From contig CM059436.1 in NCBI GenBank assembly GCA_030390025.1, forward strand, positions 57,164,001 through 57,228,000: DNA of 64,000 bases, written 5' to 3'. Shown in pieces: positions 13,401 to 26,367 of the stretch; positions within the stretch are counted from its first letter, which is position 1, and every line of letters starts with the position of its first letter. Under the pieces are notes generated by a model that was given only the letters and a program-made list of their open reading frames with translations, was not told where the DNA came from and ran no database searches. Position numbers and translations under genes: made by a program. The DNA comes from Squalus acanthias. Its lineage: Eukaryota.

Positions 13401-15394
13401 TCACAATTCCTTATATGGGAGCTTTCCAGTTGAAGCTGGGTGGGACAGAGTGACGAGACGCTTCCTTTGAAGGGTAGAAAGCAAGTCATTCTGCTCTTGT
13501 GCAGCTCCCAGTGGCTGGCCAAGAGCAGCAGTGACCAAAGCCTGGTTACAAGTTATCTGCCTGACTTCTCAGTTGGGGAAAATCATGCAAGACATGGGGT
13601 TGGGGGTGCAAGAATGAACCTAAATAGGCAGGAAAATAAATGATTTACTAAATAAGGGGGGAAAAAAATAAACCTGCAACACAAAGTATCAATAAGGTTG
13701 CATTAGCATCGCAACAAAAACTAAGGTGCAATTTTGAGTACAATTGGAACTGTGTTTGTGCCGATGTACAGGGAAACTATGCTCTGCGAGGCTTATTTAT
13801 CTATCAAGTATGGTTTTAAACCATTCAATATTTCTGCATGCACAATATTCCCATTGTTATTGTAACCTTGTCAGAATATTCTGCTATCTTGTACAATCTG
13901 TAAATCTCATATGCACAGAAGTACACATACGTAACAATCGGCAGCACTTAAACCTAATTTTTAGAATGGCTGGGGCAGTCTTACTGCGATCATGCTCCTG
14001 TCACATATGTTATTTTAACTGTAACCAACTTAGCCTTTTATCTTGCTTACATAGATAAAATTTCACCATCTGCTAAGTAAAATGTATTTGGTGTTCACTT
14101 AGAGCATTGTTTGATATTGGGACGCTGCTTCTCCTGGTTCCCAAAAAGACTTAAAATTTTAATTGAGCGACATTAAATATTGTTCTGTAGGTAGCTCTTA
14201 ATGCATGTCTGAACAATGCCTTTAATTCATTCATTTAAGCTTTACCTACAGTACAGTGTGTGAGGTAGAGCTTAAATGAGCTATAATCAGGCTTTGCAAT
14301 AATGCTCCCCATGGTCACATAGTCTGCTGGCTCTCACTACTTTAGCTCACAGATAAAGAATGGGTATTTGACTGAGGCTCCGGGGGTGGGGGGGTGGGGG
14401 GTAGGTAGCATTCCTGGCACCAATGGAATTGTACCTCAGTCTGAGTTAGCACCACAAGGAGAGAAGGGGGGGGAAAAGGCAGAAGTAGAAAGGTTGGGGT
14501 AGATTAAAATGTATATTCTGAAGACTTGGTTTCTAATTGTTTTGATCAAGTAGCAAAACAAAAGTAGACAGTGCCTGTGTTAAAAAAAAGAAATCCTTAC
14601 AACCTAAGTAAAGTTGGTTTAAGAATAATGTTACAAGTTACAGGGCTTGCCACAGTATTTTTTGTGGTGAAGTCACTGTTTATTGGCAGGGTAAGAGTTA
14701 AGTCACATAATACTAAGCTCACTTCATTTTACTTTGGCTTCCTTGTACTGTCTGTGCCAGTTAACCTTTGGTCTCCAGTCCAGTAAATGCAAATGTCAGA
14801 TGAACTTCACCTTCTTCCCCTCCCCTTCAAAAAAAACCAACAAAACCAAAACACACAATAAAACATTATTATATAGACTTAGTTCTTGGGGAAAACTAAA
14901 GTCTCCTAATCTTTAAATTGTTCTCAAAGCCTTAAGGGCACTTGGAGACTGAATACTGTATTTATGAAGACCAGACTACTTCCCCTCCCCACAACCCCTT
15001 TTCAGACTAATAGTTGACCTTTCATCCTTTAAAACGGACAAAAAGCAGACAAAACACATCAGTGTTCAGGCGCTTGTTTATCTCAGCTGTCCACACCTTG
15101 CATTCCAGGACCAACTATCTATAGACTTTAACCTTGTGTGTTTTACAAACAGTTAGGTCCTGAGCAAGGGCATCGATATATAGTTTCATGTCATATATGT
15201 GAAATCAAGCGTTAAAAAGAAAGGATGCCCAGTAAAAGCCAGTTTTGTAAGCCTGTAAAAGACTCTTCTTTGAGCACGCAATGCTGCGGAAAAAGCAGTT
15301 TTAGCTGTAGATGAGTTTTGTGTTTCACTGGACTGACATCAAGGTATCTGATGGCATTAAAATGCGTTTAAAACCTGATCAAATACGCGTTATA

Positions 15395-15755
15395 CAGGAA
15401 ACTCTCGTTTAAACGGCACCTAAATATCCGGAATTCTCTAATAAGCGGCAGAATTCATACTCCGAAAACTACAGTGTACAGTCGTTTATAAGTTTTGTTT
15501 TACTGTTAAGTAATTAAAGGGTTATGGATTACCCTCAACTGGCATTACTGTACTTAATCAAGCATCTTCCACCATCCATTTAACACAACATTCTGTAGGT
15601 GAGTACCCAAATACTGTATACTGCACATTTCTTGATTTTTTTATTTTTGTTTGTTAAAAATAGCCTTGTTAGATATACCTCTCCGTTATCCAGAATTTTT
15701 AATCAACCTGGCACCATCCCGGTCCCGTCGGAGCCGGATACGAAAGAGTTTCCTG
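15395..15755. mobile_element. Tc1/mariner (Tigger/pogo-like) MITE
   Basis: Terminal inverted repeats caggaaactct… / …agagtttcctg, flanked by TA on both sides. Confidence 0.8.
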
Positions 15756-16969
15756 TAAATGACCGATGGAAAATTAATTTTACTGTCTTTGAAGTTCTTT
15801 AGGTTTAAAGGCCGAAGTTCTATTTTTATTTTATTAGTTCCGTGGTTCTCACTCTAAATCAAGAAAACCATAATGCTGAGTTAATGCTTTTAACACTTTC
15901 TAACTGGGCCACGTTCAAATTTCTGTCACTTCAAGAACCTAAAACATTTTTTACAGAGATCTAAAATACCAGAGGAACTCTTTGATAGTCACATTTCAAC
16001 TTGGAAAATAAACTAGATCAGATCATTGAAACTGTTCAAAATATCTTATATTTATTATTAAAATTACTGAAGACTCCATGACCTTCATCAGGTTGGAGAC
16101 AAGGTACCCTCTTAACAAAAGAGCTAGGCCTCAACTGGCAATATTCTTTTGAATGACAATACCACCCCTTTAAATAAGGTACTTTCCAACAACTCAAATC
16201 ATTTTCACCACAAACAACAAATATTACACTACAGCTTCCACTACCCATATTTGTAGTATTTAAGATCCACTAGTCAATATGCCATGGTGTGGCTCACAGA
16301 CAAAAACATGGTTTTAAATGCTTCTCTCTGCCTGTCTCAGTGCTTGTATCTTCTCGAATTATTTCTGTCTCCCTTTCTGTGTTTTTTTCTCTCCTTGTCT
16401 TCCTTTCTCTCATTCTCTCTCTCGCTCATGTGTACGTCTCGGGAACATTTTCTATTGTTGTCATCTTTGTATCTGTTTGTCCATGATACTTTTTTACTCT
16501 TTCTATAAACTCATCTTTATGTCATAAAACTGCAGTCAAAGGCAAATGTGTGGTTCTCTCACCGTCAGCTGCATTTCGAAATATAAACTATCCCGCTTAC
16601 TTTTTTCTAGCAGTGGCAGAGATCTACTTTTTTTTTGTTGAGGATATTGGATTCATTGGCTCCAGATCTGGCCAACATCTGACGAAGAACAGCGCCAGGT
16701 AGAAATATCAACAGGTAAGTGTAACACCAGGATACCAATATAATGCTACTATTCCAAAACCAGCACAGCCATTTAGCAACACCTCATGGTAGACAATTGT
16801 TGTGGGTGGTAGAGCTAAATGGGTGGCAAGGCATCGGCCTCCACATATATGCCTCACCTGATATTCAGTTCCATTGAAGTTAACCGCCCAAGACAAATTT
16901 TTACCCCCTTAAGTCTCCCCTGCCCTCTCTGCTCTCTTCTGTCTTCCACTCGCTATGTGCTTCTCTCAC

Positions 16970-17240
16970 ACTTCTGCGTCAGAAGGTTGTCAGGACTTGG
17001 CTGACATTCCAGAGCAGTAGTGAGGGAATGCTGCATTGTTGGAGGTGTCGTCTTTGGATGAAATATTAAAGCTAGGTCTATAGGTTCCAGTGGTTCAGGT
17101 TGACAGTAAAATCCCTCAGCACTATTCAAAGAAGAGCAGGGAATTCTCCCAGTGTCCTGGCTAAAATTCCTCCCTCGAATAATACCACCAAAAACAGATT
17201 TGCTGGTCATTCAGCTTACTGCTCTTTGTGGATCAAGCTC
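16970..17240 (+). mobile_element. Deu-domain SINE (SacSINE1/AmnSINE-related)
   Basis: tgagggaatgctgcattgttggaggtg…gcactattcaaagaagagcagggaattctcccagtgtcctgg…aaacagatttgctggtcatt resembles the Deu core as I recall it. Confidence 0.7.
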
Positions 17241-18689
17241 TTTGGAATCTTTTTGGTGTTAAGGTCGTATAAGCGCATTTATTACCTTTCATTAGTTCTC
17301 ATTCTCCTTTTTCTCTCTGTCACTCACCTATTTCCTCCCACGAAAACCTGGAGCCAGACTCAGTTTTCTGTAGAAAAGATTTTGTTTCTCCCTCAGTACA
17401 AAGGAGGGCGTGGCACTGAGTGCGAGGCCAGGACCTGATTGGAATGCACCTTTACCCTGGGACAAAAAGTCTTTTTGATACTGTTGTGCTGGATCTGGAT
17501 TCACAGCCTCACCAGTACTGAATATTCTGGGAGGTACTGCAAAGCAGGCTGGTGAGAGAGAAACTAGGGCTGCAGCCTGGAGCTGGGAGGGAATGTTTGG
17601 CCTGGGACTGGTCTAGAAGGAGGGAGCACAGAGACTAGGAAGGAGAAAGCAGGATTTTGGTGGGGGGCTCAGACTGGGGCCTGGGAGGAAGTGGGGGCCT
17701 GGGTTCCGAGTTGAGATACACTTCTACCCCAGGCAAGATGGTTTTTGTTACCACTGCATTGGATTCAGACTTTGAGACCCAACTAGTACTGGCACGACTA
17801 CAGCACCCCCTCAGTGTTGCATTGGTACATCAGATCAAATTATGGGCTCAAGTCCTGTTGCAACACAGGCAGGTGAGAGAGAGAAAATGTGAAATAGGGA
17901 CTGGTGTTGAGAAGAGGTTTTGGGAAGGGGCCTGGGCTTGGAGGGAGTAAGTGATGAGGGCAGGGCTGGGAGGCAACAGTGATGCCTGGATGCTGAGGGG
18001 TCATTTTGAGTTATTCAGATATACACATTATTAAATACAACTTTTTTAAACCTTGCCTTATTTTGTGCCAGTAGTGTAATTTCGTAATCATGATACAATT
18101 TAAATCTAAGTACTTTCCAAAGCATGTATAAAGTAACAGTAACAAAACTTGAATACCCCAGAAGGAAAAGCCATCAGCAAGCCTTTGGCATATAATTACA
18201 TTTGTCAGCCAATGCTGGGAATTCAATCTAAATTGCCCGCACACACTTTTACATTTATACAATATACCGTAAATAATCTAGGCTCACATTATTATTTCAG
18301 TATTTTCTAAATCAGTGCCATAAACTCCCAGGGACCGTTTGTGCAGAGAAGCACAGGATGCAGGAGACAATAGCATGTTTCAGACCCTCTGACAGGAGTA
18401 GCACCTTCCCAGCCTTCCCTACCTGACCCTGAATGACATGTGCTATAGTGCCTTGCCTCCCCACCATCACTCCCTGGCCAACAACCTTGAGCCTAACTTT
18501 ATTTTTTTTCACTACTCAGTGAGAATAGGAGGTGAGAAAAAAAACACATATGAAAGTTGGTCTGGATGCTGGCTGAGCAGGAGGATACAGCACAGTATTC
18601 TAGACATGTGACATGCAATATTATTTTACACGCACAAGATATTCAATAACATAGACTACATTTCACCCTGATGGTCAACTTGATTTCCA

Positions 18690-18760
18690 TATTAACTCTG
18701 TTTCTCTCTCCACAGATGCTGCCTGACCTGCTGAGTATTTACAGCATTTTCTGTTTTTAT
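18690..18760. mobile_element. Penelope-type terminal fragment
   Basis: attaactctgtttctctctccacagatgctgcctgacctgctgagtattt…cagcattttctg is nearly identical to 3124-3180. Confidence 0.7.
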
Positions 18761-19064
18761 TTTTTATTTCCATCAACTTCACTAAGATCCAGTTGGCCTC
18801 TTCCATCTCCCTTTCACCTCCCGCCCCAACCCCGCCCCCCCCCCCCCGCCCCTCGGCAAATACCATTTTGAAAAGATAAACTTCTTTTCACATTCCCCAT
18901 TTATCTCCCATGCATTTACACTATGCCCTTTGGCAAGGAGACTAGGGCAGTTCTGTCCACTGGTTATACTTGAACAGTTTTCCAACTCTTCCACCCTCAC
19001 CTATTTATCCTTCCTTCTCATGGACAACTCAAGAAGTGAGAAAGCAGGAATGTTATTCAAAATT

Positions 19065-20758
19065 GGAATTCAAACTGGGGGTTTCTTGATTTGGGAGTCC
19101 AATAATCCAGCGTTGCAATTACCATCGCCGAATCCCCCACCATCAACATCCTGGGGGTCACCATTGACCAGAAACTTAACTGGACCAGCCACATAAATAC
19201 TATGGCTACAAGAGCAGGTCAGAGGCTGGGTATTCTGCGGCGAGTGTCTGACCTCCTGACTCCCCAAAGCCTTTCCACCATCTACAAGGCACAAGTCAGG
19301 AGTGTGATGGAATACTCTCCACTTGCCTGGATGAGTGCAGCTCCAACAACACTCAAGAAGCTCAACACCATCCAGGACAAACCAGCCCGCTTGATTGGCA
19401 CCCCATCCACCACCTTAAACATTCACTCCATCCACCACCAGCGCACCGTGGCTGCAGTGTGGACCATCGACAAAATGCAATGCAGCAACTCTAAACTTGT
19501 GGATGACACCAAATTGGGGGGGATAGTCAATACTGAGGAGGACTGCAATAAATTACAGGAGGACATTAATAAACTTGCAGAATGGGCTTATAATTGGCAA
19601 ATGAAGTTCAACACAGATAAATGTGAGGTTTTACATTTTGGTAGGAAGAATAGGGAGGTCACTTATTACTTGGAGGGTGCGAGTCTAGGTGGGGTAGAGG
19701 AACAAAGGGATCTCGGAGTACAAATACACAAATCACTAAAAGTTGCGATGCAGGTTAGCAAGGCCATAAAAAAAAAAGCAAACCAAGCACTAGGGTTTAT
19801 TTCTATAGGGATAGAATTGAAAAGTAGTGAAGTTATACTAAACCTGTATCAAACCTTGGTTAGACCACACTTAGAGTACTGCGTACAGTTCTGGTCGCCA
19901 TATTATAAAAAGGATATAGAGGCACTGGAGAGGGTGCAGAGAAGATTTACAGGATGATACCAGAAATGCGAGAGTATACATATCAGGAAAGGATGAACAG
20001 GCTGGGTCTCTTTTCTCTTGTAAAAAAGAAGGCTGAGGGGGTGACCTAATAGAGGTCTTTAAAATTATGAAAGGTTTTGATAGAGTGGATACAGAGAGAA
20101 TGTTTCCACTTGTGGGGAAGAGCATAACTAGAGGCCATCAATATTAAGATAGTCAGCAAGAAATCCAATAGGGAATTCAGAAGAAACTTCTTTACCCAGA
20201 GAGTGGTGGGAATGTGGAACTCGCTACCACAGGGAGTGGTTGAAGCGAATAGTAAAGATACATTTTAAGGGGAGGCTAGACAAGCATATGAGGGAGAAGG
20301 GAATCGAGGGTTATGCTGATAGAGTTGGATGAGGAGAGACAGGAGGAGGCTCAAGTGGAGCATAAACGCCGGCATGGACTGGTTGGGCCGAATGGCCTGT
20401 TTCTGTGTGGAATATCCGATTTAAACTCACCAAGGCTTCTTCGGCAGCACCTCCCAAACCCATGACCTCTACCACCTAGAAGGACCAGGGCAGCAGACGC
20501 TTGAGAACACCATCACCTGCAAGTTCCCCTCCAAGTTACATACCATCCTGACTTGGAAATATATTGCCGTTCCTTCATCGTTGCTGGGTCAAAATCCTGG
20601 AACTCCCTCCCAAACAGCACTGTGGGAGTGCCTTCACCACACGGACTGCAGTGGTTCAAGAAGGTGGCTCATCACCACCTTCTCAAGGGCAATTAAAGAT
20701 GGGCAATAAATGCTGGCCTTGCCAGCGACGCCCACATCCCAGGAACGAATAAAAAAAA
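19065..20758 (+). mobile_element. LINE 3' fragment (CR1/L2-related clade) interrupted by a nested CR1
   Basis: ILGVTIDQKLNW…AGQRLGILRR…IYKAQVRSVMEY RT C-terminal residues (19100-19490). The element resumes at 20424 and ends in …gggcaataaatgctggccttgccagcgacgcccacatccc…aataaaaaaaa. Confidence 0.85.
19492..20423 (+). mobile_element. CR1 LINE 3' fragment nested in the previous LINE
   Basis: KLVDDTKLGG…WQMKFNTDKCEVLHFG…LVRPHLEYCVQFWSP, CR1 tail gggccgaatggcctgtttctgtg, and target-site duplication aactc (19487-19491 / 20424-20428). Confidence 0.9.
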
Positions 20759-20979
20759 CCTGATAGGCATGAGCTTTTGGATCCTCAGATATGTATGGTA
20801 GAAGCTTCTAGTGCACTGAACATCTGCTTCGGAGGGTAAAACTCAAAATTCTGATTCAGGATCAGACCTGACTCAACCTCCACTAAAGGCAAATTTCAAA
20901 AGTGATCCCAAGGCAGGATTCTAAAGATTCATCTTTACTGGACCACTATCTAATACCATTTAGTTTTCACCTAATTTGT

Positions 20980-21070
20980 AGGACCACGGGGATAGAGCAG
21001 GGGAGTGGGACTAATTGGATAGCTCTTTCACAGGCATGATGGCCTCCTTCTGTGCAGTATGATTCTATAA
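20980..21070 (+). mobile_element. Short CR1 3' tail fragment
   Basis: ggggatagagcaggggagtgggactaattggatagctctttca…atggcctccttctgtgc…tatgattcta. Confidence 0.6.
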
Positions 21071-21244
21071 TCAACATAGAGGAGAATTCCTATATAAAAT
21101 TTTAGCAAAGAATTAAGTCCAGTATCAAAGCAAAGTTACAAAATTAACTGCAACTAAGCCTCCTGAATAAAATTTGCAAATAAGAATGATGAAAACACCT
21201 CTAATCAGTGCCTAAATTTAACAGACCTGTAAAAGGTCTGCCAG

Positions 21245-21580
21245 CACGGGGGTGATGGGTGAACAGGACATGGTGCAGGATAGGATAATGGGTAGCAGAA
21301 TTTTGGATCAGCTCAAGTTTATGGCGGGTGAAGGATGGGAGGCTGGTATATAATCGAGTCTAGATAAGACAAATGCATGGATAAGGGAGGCAGGGGCGGA
21401 GATGGGCGAAGTTAGGGAAGTGGAAGTAGGCGGTCTTTGTAATGGAGAGGATAAGAGGTTGAAAGCCCAGCTTAAGGTCAAATAGGACGCCGAGGTTGCG
21501 AACAGTTTGGTTCAGCTTGCGACAGTGGCCAAGGAGGGGGATGGAATCGGTGCGAGGGTGCCGAGTTTGTGATGGGGGCA
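21245..21580 (-). mobile_element. L2 LINE fragment
   Basis: TDSIPL…LNQTVRNLGVLFD…SITKTAYFH…AHLRPCL is homologous to 63330-63500. Confidence 0.85.
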
Positions 21581-21720
21581 CTGCACATATCTGCAGTCCA
21601 GGCGTTAAGGTGCATTTTGGTGATATTGTCAGTTTGCAAATTCTGGCATAGGTTTGAAACAGTAAAGCTATGGTGGAGTAAAATCAGTAATTTGGCCAGT
21701 TATTAAGGGTTGATTTTTTT

Positions 21721-22537
21721 TGTTCTCTTCTCCTGAGAGTAGTGATTTATCATAGGGTACAAGTCCATGGGCACTGTAACCCTTCAGTACTTCCCCCAAC
21801 TTAATATTCTTGTAGAGAGTGAAGCTCGACAAAGGTCTAGATCATGACCCCATCACTTATGTTGGGATTGTGACCACCATTGCAGTGCCCTCCATTGCTG
21901 ACCCCATTGGAATATGCAAGGTCAGGGGGATGCTACCTAAATTCCTTTCTAAGGGGATGTATTAAACTACCAAACTTCAGTAATCCTTCGGCAGGCCTAA
22001 CAAGTTCCCTAGTTTGGATCAACTTCCGCCAGGGTAGCTGCTGGTTTCTCTCTTCTCGTTGGACGTACTGGGAGCCACTAAAGGGCAGGCCTCTGACAGG
22101 ACAGGGTCAAGGAAATTCCTGCACTCTCAGCCTCATCCTCTCTCACTTGAGGTTCAGTCCCAAACAAGGTCCCCCAGAAACTGAGAGCACACTCTAGGAC
22201 GCAGTGTAAATGTGTCCCAGCCTATTTCTTGGACCTACCCACCGCACTCTATTTCTATTTGACCACAAAAGGGTATCGCAGCCAAGACTGATTCTGTCCT
22301 TCACCTGTAATCTACACACATGCACTTTCCAGCAAAAGTCATTGACTAGATATCAGGAGTGGGAACCTTGCCTTATTTTTTTCCTTTTCTTGTGGCCAAA
22401 TGTAAAACCCCTACTGCTGCCTAGACTGAGATCAGCTAAATCAGTAATGATGAGACGTTCAAACTGGGACCTTCCTGGTCTATATGACACAGTACCACCC
22501 TTGGAGCTCCATTTACTCGCTAAGGCATTGGATAAGC
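21721..22537 (-). mobile_element. tRNA-headed SINE family copy split by a ~420-bp unclassified insertion
   Basis: The 3' part (21721-21831) and the 5' part (22255-22537) are contiguous in the intact copy at 32712-33110. Confidence 0.6.
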
Positions 22538-24699
22538 TGGAGAGAGGAACAAGGTTTGGATTCAGATACTTTTAGTCATGCTGCAGATTGCAAATGATTG
22601 CACAGGGTAATGCTGTACTGGCATTCTCAGACCAAACCTTAATGTAAGCCAACAATACCATACTGATATATGTGAAGAAACATTCACTAATACTGATGAG
22701 TTTCACCCACACTGGTGCACCCAACAATGAACATGTACAATGAACCACCTTTACACTGCATCATATTGGACATTGATGCTAGCACAACTTTTGCTGTTGC
22801 AACCAAAATAAGTCAAGACACTTTCTACATGAATACATCGACAGAACCGTAGCATTAAAGAGTATTACGTGCGCTTGACCATTCCAGAAACCATTGCAGT
22901 TACAGCCAGGAGGGTTCACAGGTAACAGGCTGAATGTTACCACGCTGCACATGAACTTGAATTTAAAAGTGCCAAGTACAAGGGAAACAACAACACTGGA
23001 GTGAGAAATAGAACATATTATACTTCAACACCCAGAAAAACATTGCAGATTAAGTAAATATCCCCTTTCACTTTAAAACCAGTACAAATCTAAATACATA
23101 CCAGTGTAGTCACCTTCTCTATAGCCTGAGATAGTGAATAACAATAAATAGAAAATACCGTAATAAAGCATAAAAACTGTGTCTGCACAATCTCTCTAGT
23201 GTCATAATTATTCTGTGCAACAGTAATAGGGTGATTGAAGATGAGAATACTGCTTGATCAATGTATAATATATTAGCGTGATCTCTTTCCACAGCTTTAC
23301 AAAGTACCATGTTGTTGGCAAGCTGTGAGAGGACCTAGCACTGGAAGGATTCTCCACAAGGTGGTACTCTAATCAGGGGCTTCCTCAGCCACAGGGAAAT
23401 TAGATGGTATCTCCAGAATCCCAACAGAAAGACCTTCAGAGGACTTGAGAGCTCTGAATGGCAATATTGCAGAGGAAGGTGGAGGATTGTTGCTGATTTT
23501 GAGAGCGTGTGATAAGTAGAGCAGCTTTCCAGTCAATCTGCTCCATAAACATTGCACAGCCTAGTTGCGTACAATTAAGCAATATGACCAAGTGAGTGTG
23601 CATCTGGGTTTTACCAGACGCACACTGGCATGGACATGACTCTCGGCTCGAAGTGGGAGTTCAAAGGACCAGCATCTGATTTGTGTGGTTGCTGTGTCTC
23701 TGGTCTGTTGTTGCAGATCCATTGGCTTGTACAATGTGCTCAGAAAAGGGCCTGTTGAGGATCTAATGATAGGCGAAGAGTGTTCCTGCAACTCTGTTCC
23801 ATGGTGGCATTTCTTTGGTGGCTGATGTTAATTCCCCTTTGCCCCAGATTCTGGCATCCCTCGTATCTCTTTGGTGTCCTCACCGGAGATGGTTATAGCC
23901 TCAGTAATGGACATAACAAATCAGGATGAAGACAACTCCTCTGCAAATACATGAAGGGCATTGCTGTTAATGACTTCAGACTAAACACAAACTGAAATTT
24001 CAGAAAGACTGTCATCGACATCAGAGAGCCATAGAATATGTACACAGAACTTTATTCAAATGATTTAATCTTTACAAGTTTATACTTTAGCAAGCTGAGT
24101 AAGCTAGACATTATGAAGAGTGATTTCAAAATACTTGTACTTTATAGGCTGATTGTTATTAAAGAACACATTACATCACACTTACCAGACTGTTTAGACT
24201 CTAGAGATGCACTATCTCCCTCATGGAGCAGATGATAACGTTTAGCGATCGTACGCCAAGGCTGTTTTGGTTTGTTTTTGATACACGGCTATTTTTTTTT
24301 TTAAATATGGTATTCTGCTTTCTTCTTTGCCATAATTTCAGCAATCCTGTGAACCGTGTAGTTTTTCAATGCTTTACTAGTTTTATTAGAAATCATGGTC
24401 CATGCCCGTCTTTGACCTTCTGTGGTTGATAATATTGATTTGTTTCCAAAGAAAACATCTTTGAATTTAATAAATTGCATTATAAAACAAAACAGTAAAG
24501 CCCCTGTATAAAGTGATCCTTTCGCAGTTTAGATTTGGTCTCCACTTTGTGTCTCTTATCACCATTTCTTTTGGTCAGCTCATTGTCCGATACTCATGGA
24601 AATCCCATCACTATGATTAAGTGTCTCCAAATAAAACTACTGAGAAATTCACACAGGTAGAATTTCTGTTTGCCCAGCATGGAATGCACATGCTTTCCC

Positions 24700-24965
24700 C
24701 TCAGGGACACATTCCATTTACCCAAGGCCAAGGAGCTTAGGTGTTGACGGCTGTGTCTTCAGCTGCCTAGGCCCTAAGTTCTGGGATTCCCCCTAAACCT
24801 CGCCACCTCTCTCTCCTCCTTTAGGACGTGCCCTAAAACTTACCTCTTTGACTAAGCTTTTGGTCACCTGTCCTGATATGTGACTTGTTTGATAGCGCTC
24901 CTGTGAAGCACCTTGGGATGTTTTACTATGTTAAAGGTGCTATATAAATGCTAGTTGTTGTTGTT
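24700..24965 (+). mobile_element. L2 3' end
   Basis: ggccctaagttctgg…aaaacttacctctttgactaagcttttggtcacctg matches 63870-63985. It ends in tatataaatgctagttgttgttg. Confidence 0.85.
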
Positions 24966-26367
24966 TTTGTTGGTAGGTTCAGAACAGTCAAGACTTAGGG
25001 CCTCCTAAATATGTGCAGGGGTACTGCTAAGTTTAACCAGCTAGGCCCACTCTACCCATTAGGACACTGGCTTACAGAGATGTCTGGAGCTGAGTGGGAA
25101 GGGTCCCAGTGGCCGATCTACAATTTCAGATTCCATTAATGAGCTAGGCTGGCAGATCAACTATAAATGAGCTGGGGTACTACAGACCTACCTGGTTCAG
25201 GAATCGGATTAGCAAAGCTGCCACAAAAGGTTGGCTCAATTCTAATTCTCCATTGCCAGGTATCTCATCTTGCAGCCATCTTGAGCCCAAAAGAAACCCC
25301 ATTTGCCTAGCTAGTCATTAGCAAACTAACAAACATGGTTTTGAGCCCTCACTAAGCAGACTGTCAAGAATTCCTTATGATTGGTATGGTGAACAATTCA
25401 CACATTGAATCCTGGATATCACCTCCATTAGCTTTTCACCCTGTCCTGCCCCACTGGTTGAAATTTATACTCTTTTCCCCCTCACAAAAAAAACAAGAAA
25501 ATCCATACAACATCCCCCCCTCCAAGTTGCCTTACACATTCTGAGACAATGCAGGAGACCCAAAATCAAATTTAATTCGAGGGACTACAAGCTTGAGACT
25601 AAATTAGTTTAAATGTATTGAATTCCGGCAAAACGTTATGAGAATATATAGTGAAATGTTTCCCTTTTGCCGCACAACAGAAGTAAAATGACCTCTATAG
25701 TCAAATCAGTGCAGTTTCCACACATAATGAAAACCGAGTGGCAGTGGGCTGTTTGACCATTGGAGCCACTCAGATGCGTCATAGCAACCAGAGTATTATT
25801 TAAAAGATCCAGCCTGTGCTGCTAACCCTGGAGTGGTAACAGGTGACTAGCCACTGCCCTCTCCCCAACCACCCACCCACCCACCCCCAAAAAAAATTGG
25901 TTTTTGAATGTGTATTAAGAACAACAAATTTCATTAAACTCCCACACAGAGCGAAGATCACACAACAATCCAGGTTATCAGCTCTATTTCAAAACACCCA
26001 TAAAAAATTCAAAAATAAAAGCTCCAGGGTCTGCATTCCGCAAAATGCTGTCCCATGACACGAATACATGATTTTTTAAAGAATTACTCATCTATAGCTA
26101 ATGCTACCAGGCCATTCCCTTAACAAGTAAAAGAGCGCTCAAATTCAGTACATCGGAAATATAGGATGGCTGAGGAAAATCATCAATAAAAGGATCTCTC
26201 TATAAACCAGCATTAACTATATTTAACACATTTTAATGGATGAAAAGTTGTGAACAACTTATGCCTGATTTTGCTTCTGCCCAGCCAAATTCTTATGCCC
26301 CAGCACTGAAAATAAAAATCTACCCCTGGGTGTTTACAAACATATAAATTAATAGCAAGGCTCAATG

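Noticed and set aside
16066-16092. CTGATGA hammerhead-like start on the minus strand
   Set aside because: No GAAA box or closing stems
19202-19957. 251-aa ORF as a host gene
   Set aside because: Chimera of two LINE fragments
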